Assembly: GCA_030770535.1 (NCBI GenBank) | Contig: JASVEC010000020.1 | Span: 868,001 to 904,135 of the forward strand | Direction of reading: 5' to 3' | DNA from: Batkoa obscura | Taxonomy: Eukaryota | Length of the DNA stretch: 36,135 nucleotides | In this document: piece by piece, positions 34,673 to 36,135 of the stretch | Layout: each line of letters starts with the position of its first letter | Position numbering within the stretch: position 1 is the first letter of the stretch | Made by a program: the position numbers and the translations under genes | The notes under the pieces: model-generated | Seen by the model: the letters and a program-made list of their open reading frames with translations, nothing else | What the model was told of the DNA's origin: nothing | The model's database searches: none

Positions 34673-36135
34673 TTAAAAGAGTTTAATCTTTGGACTATCT
34701 TGGACTAAAAAATTGGTATATTTTAAATAAAAATAAGTGAGGGATAACAAATATAAATCAGTATTAGTAGACTTGAGAAGATGAAAAATAAGAATAAAAA
34801 ATAAATATCCATATTATATAACTGATAAAAATACTTATTTTTTTTAGGTATTAAATGACTTAATTCACACGGTATTTCATTCTTTTTATAAGGTTGTAAT
34901 GGACGACAAAGTTTAGCAAGATTAATATGTGTTCAATTAAAGTAGCTGCATATTGAATTTTATCTTCAGTATTACCAATCATTTGATTTGTTTTTAATAA
35001 ATTCATTTGTACTAAATTATCATTTAATAAATATAAAATATCTTGAATTATTAATTGGAAATTGATATTGTCTTTATCCACGTATTTACTAATACCTAAA
35101 TCACTTAACTTTCGAGTATTACGAAATTGATCACCAAATAAAGGCATACATAAGATCGGTTTCTTTGCTGCTATACTTTCGAAACTAGATTCTAAACCAC
35201 AATGAGATAAAAACAATTTAACATTATCATGATTTAAAATATTAGTTTGTGGTGTCCAAGAATAGAATTTAATATTATCATTATTATTAAATTTAATCAT
35301 TTTATGTATATTATAATATTGATTATTAAATAATATCTCTTTTTTAATATCTTTTAGTTCTGTTTTTCCTAAACTAATAATAATGCCATCGAATATCTCA
35401 TTATCGATTAATTTCAATAATAACAACATCAATTGTTCACTTAATTCTTCATTTAATACTGATAAACTACCAAATCCTACATATAATACTTTACTTTTAA
35501 TATTCAAATAATTCTCAATTTCAGTAATTACTTTGATATTATTTTTATAACTGGAATTATTACTTTTAGATAAAATTGGACCAATATGATGAAGATTAGG
35601 TTGTAAATTAATAGCTGGTTCAAAGCCAGTAAATGTATTAGCTAAATTCAGAGAATAATTCTCATTATCACCAAATACTGTGTAACTTTTGGATACATTA
35701 TATTTTTTTCTTATTTTATTTAATCTATTGATCAATGGCATTAAATAATAAATTCCTTTAATAGGATTAATAATTAATGCTTTAATTCGTTGCAATAAAC
35801 TTAATTCATTAGTATATAATGGTCCATATTCTAAGTTATTAATTACATAGGGTGAATGTGTAATACCTAAGCCATCTGTTGTTTGCATTGTTACAATTAA
35901 TGGAATTGAATATTGTTTAGCTAAATCAATACAAGCATTAGCAATAAAGTCACAAATCATTAAATCTATTAAATCAAAATTATTTAAAATGTATTGTTTT
36001 AAACTTAAATATGTTTGATCATAATTTAATTCCATTAATGGGAATACTGAATTAGCCATTGCTTTCATTGGGTTACTTCGACTTTATTCTATTCATTATT
36101 GTTAATTTCATTTCATGTTGTATTTGTTTTTGATC
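34673..36135 (-). pseudogene. Frameshifted UGT (young pseudogene or assembly indels); 5' end outside the window
   Basis: 402-codon ORF with MICDFI, VGFGS, WTPQ..HCG..FGDQ; homology continues in other frames upstream of ~36080 and downstream of ~34930 (PCELSHLIP..DIY..TM..KIKLF). Confidence 0.8.

Overview
Very AT-rich eukaryotic DNA, most likely from an early-diverging fungus. The WOPR (Gti1/Pac2) gene indicates a fungus; a Zoopagomycota/Entomophthoromycotina-like host is only an inference. Housekeeping genes: a 6-exon tRNA 2'-phosphotransferase (Tpt1), a 10-exon NAD(P)HX epimerase, a 2-exon glutaminyl cyclase and tRNA-Thr(AGT); all 15 introns are 41-52 bp. Accessory content: four very divergent intronless ~200-270 aa genes that appear to share a Tubby-C/LURP1/DUF6593-like pattern, two small secreted proteins (one a stand-alone subtilisin-propeptide/I9-like protein), and a birth-and-death array of animal-style ER-anchored UDP-glycosyltransferases (2 intact, 2 disrupted). 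A ~99-bp MITE family with GGGG...CCCC ends and 4-bp A-N-N-T target duplications has 13 copies, 10 of them in or next to the UGT array. A second, unrelated fold-back element lies at 33.5 kb. All calls come from reading the sequence by eye; no searches were run.
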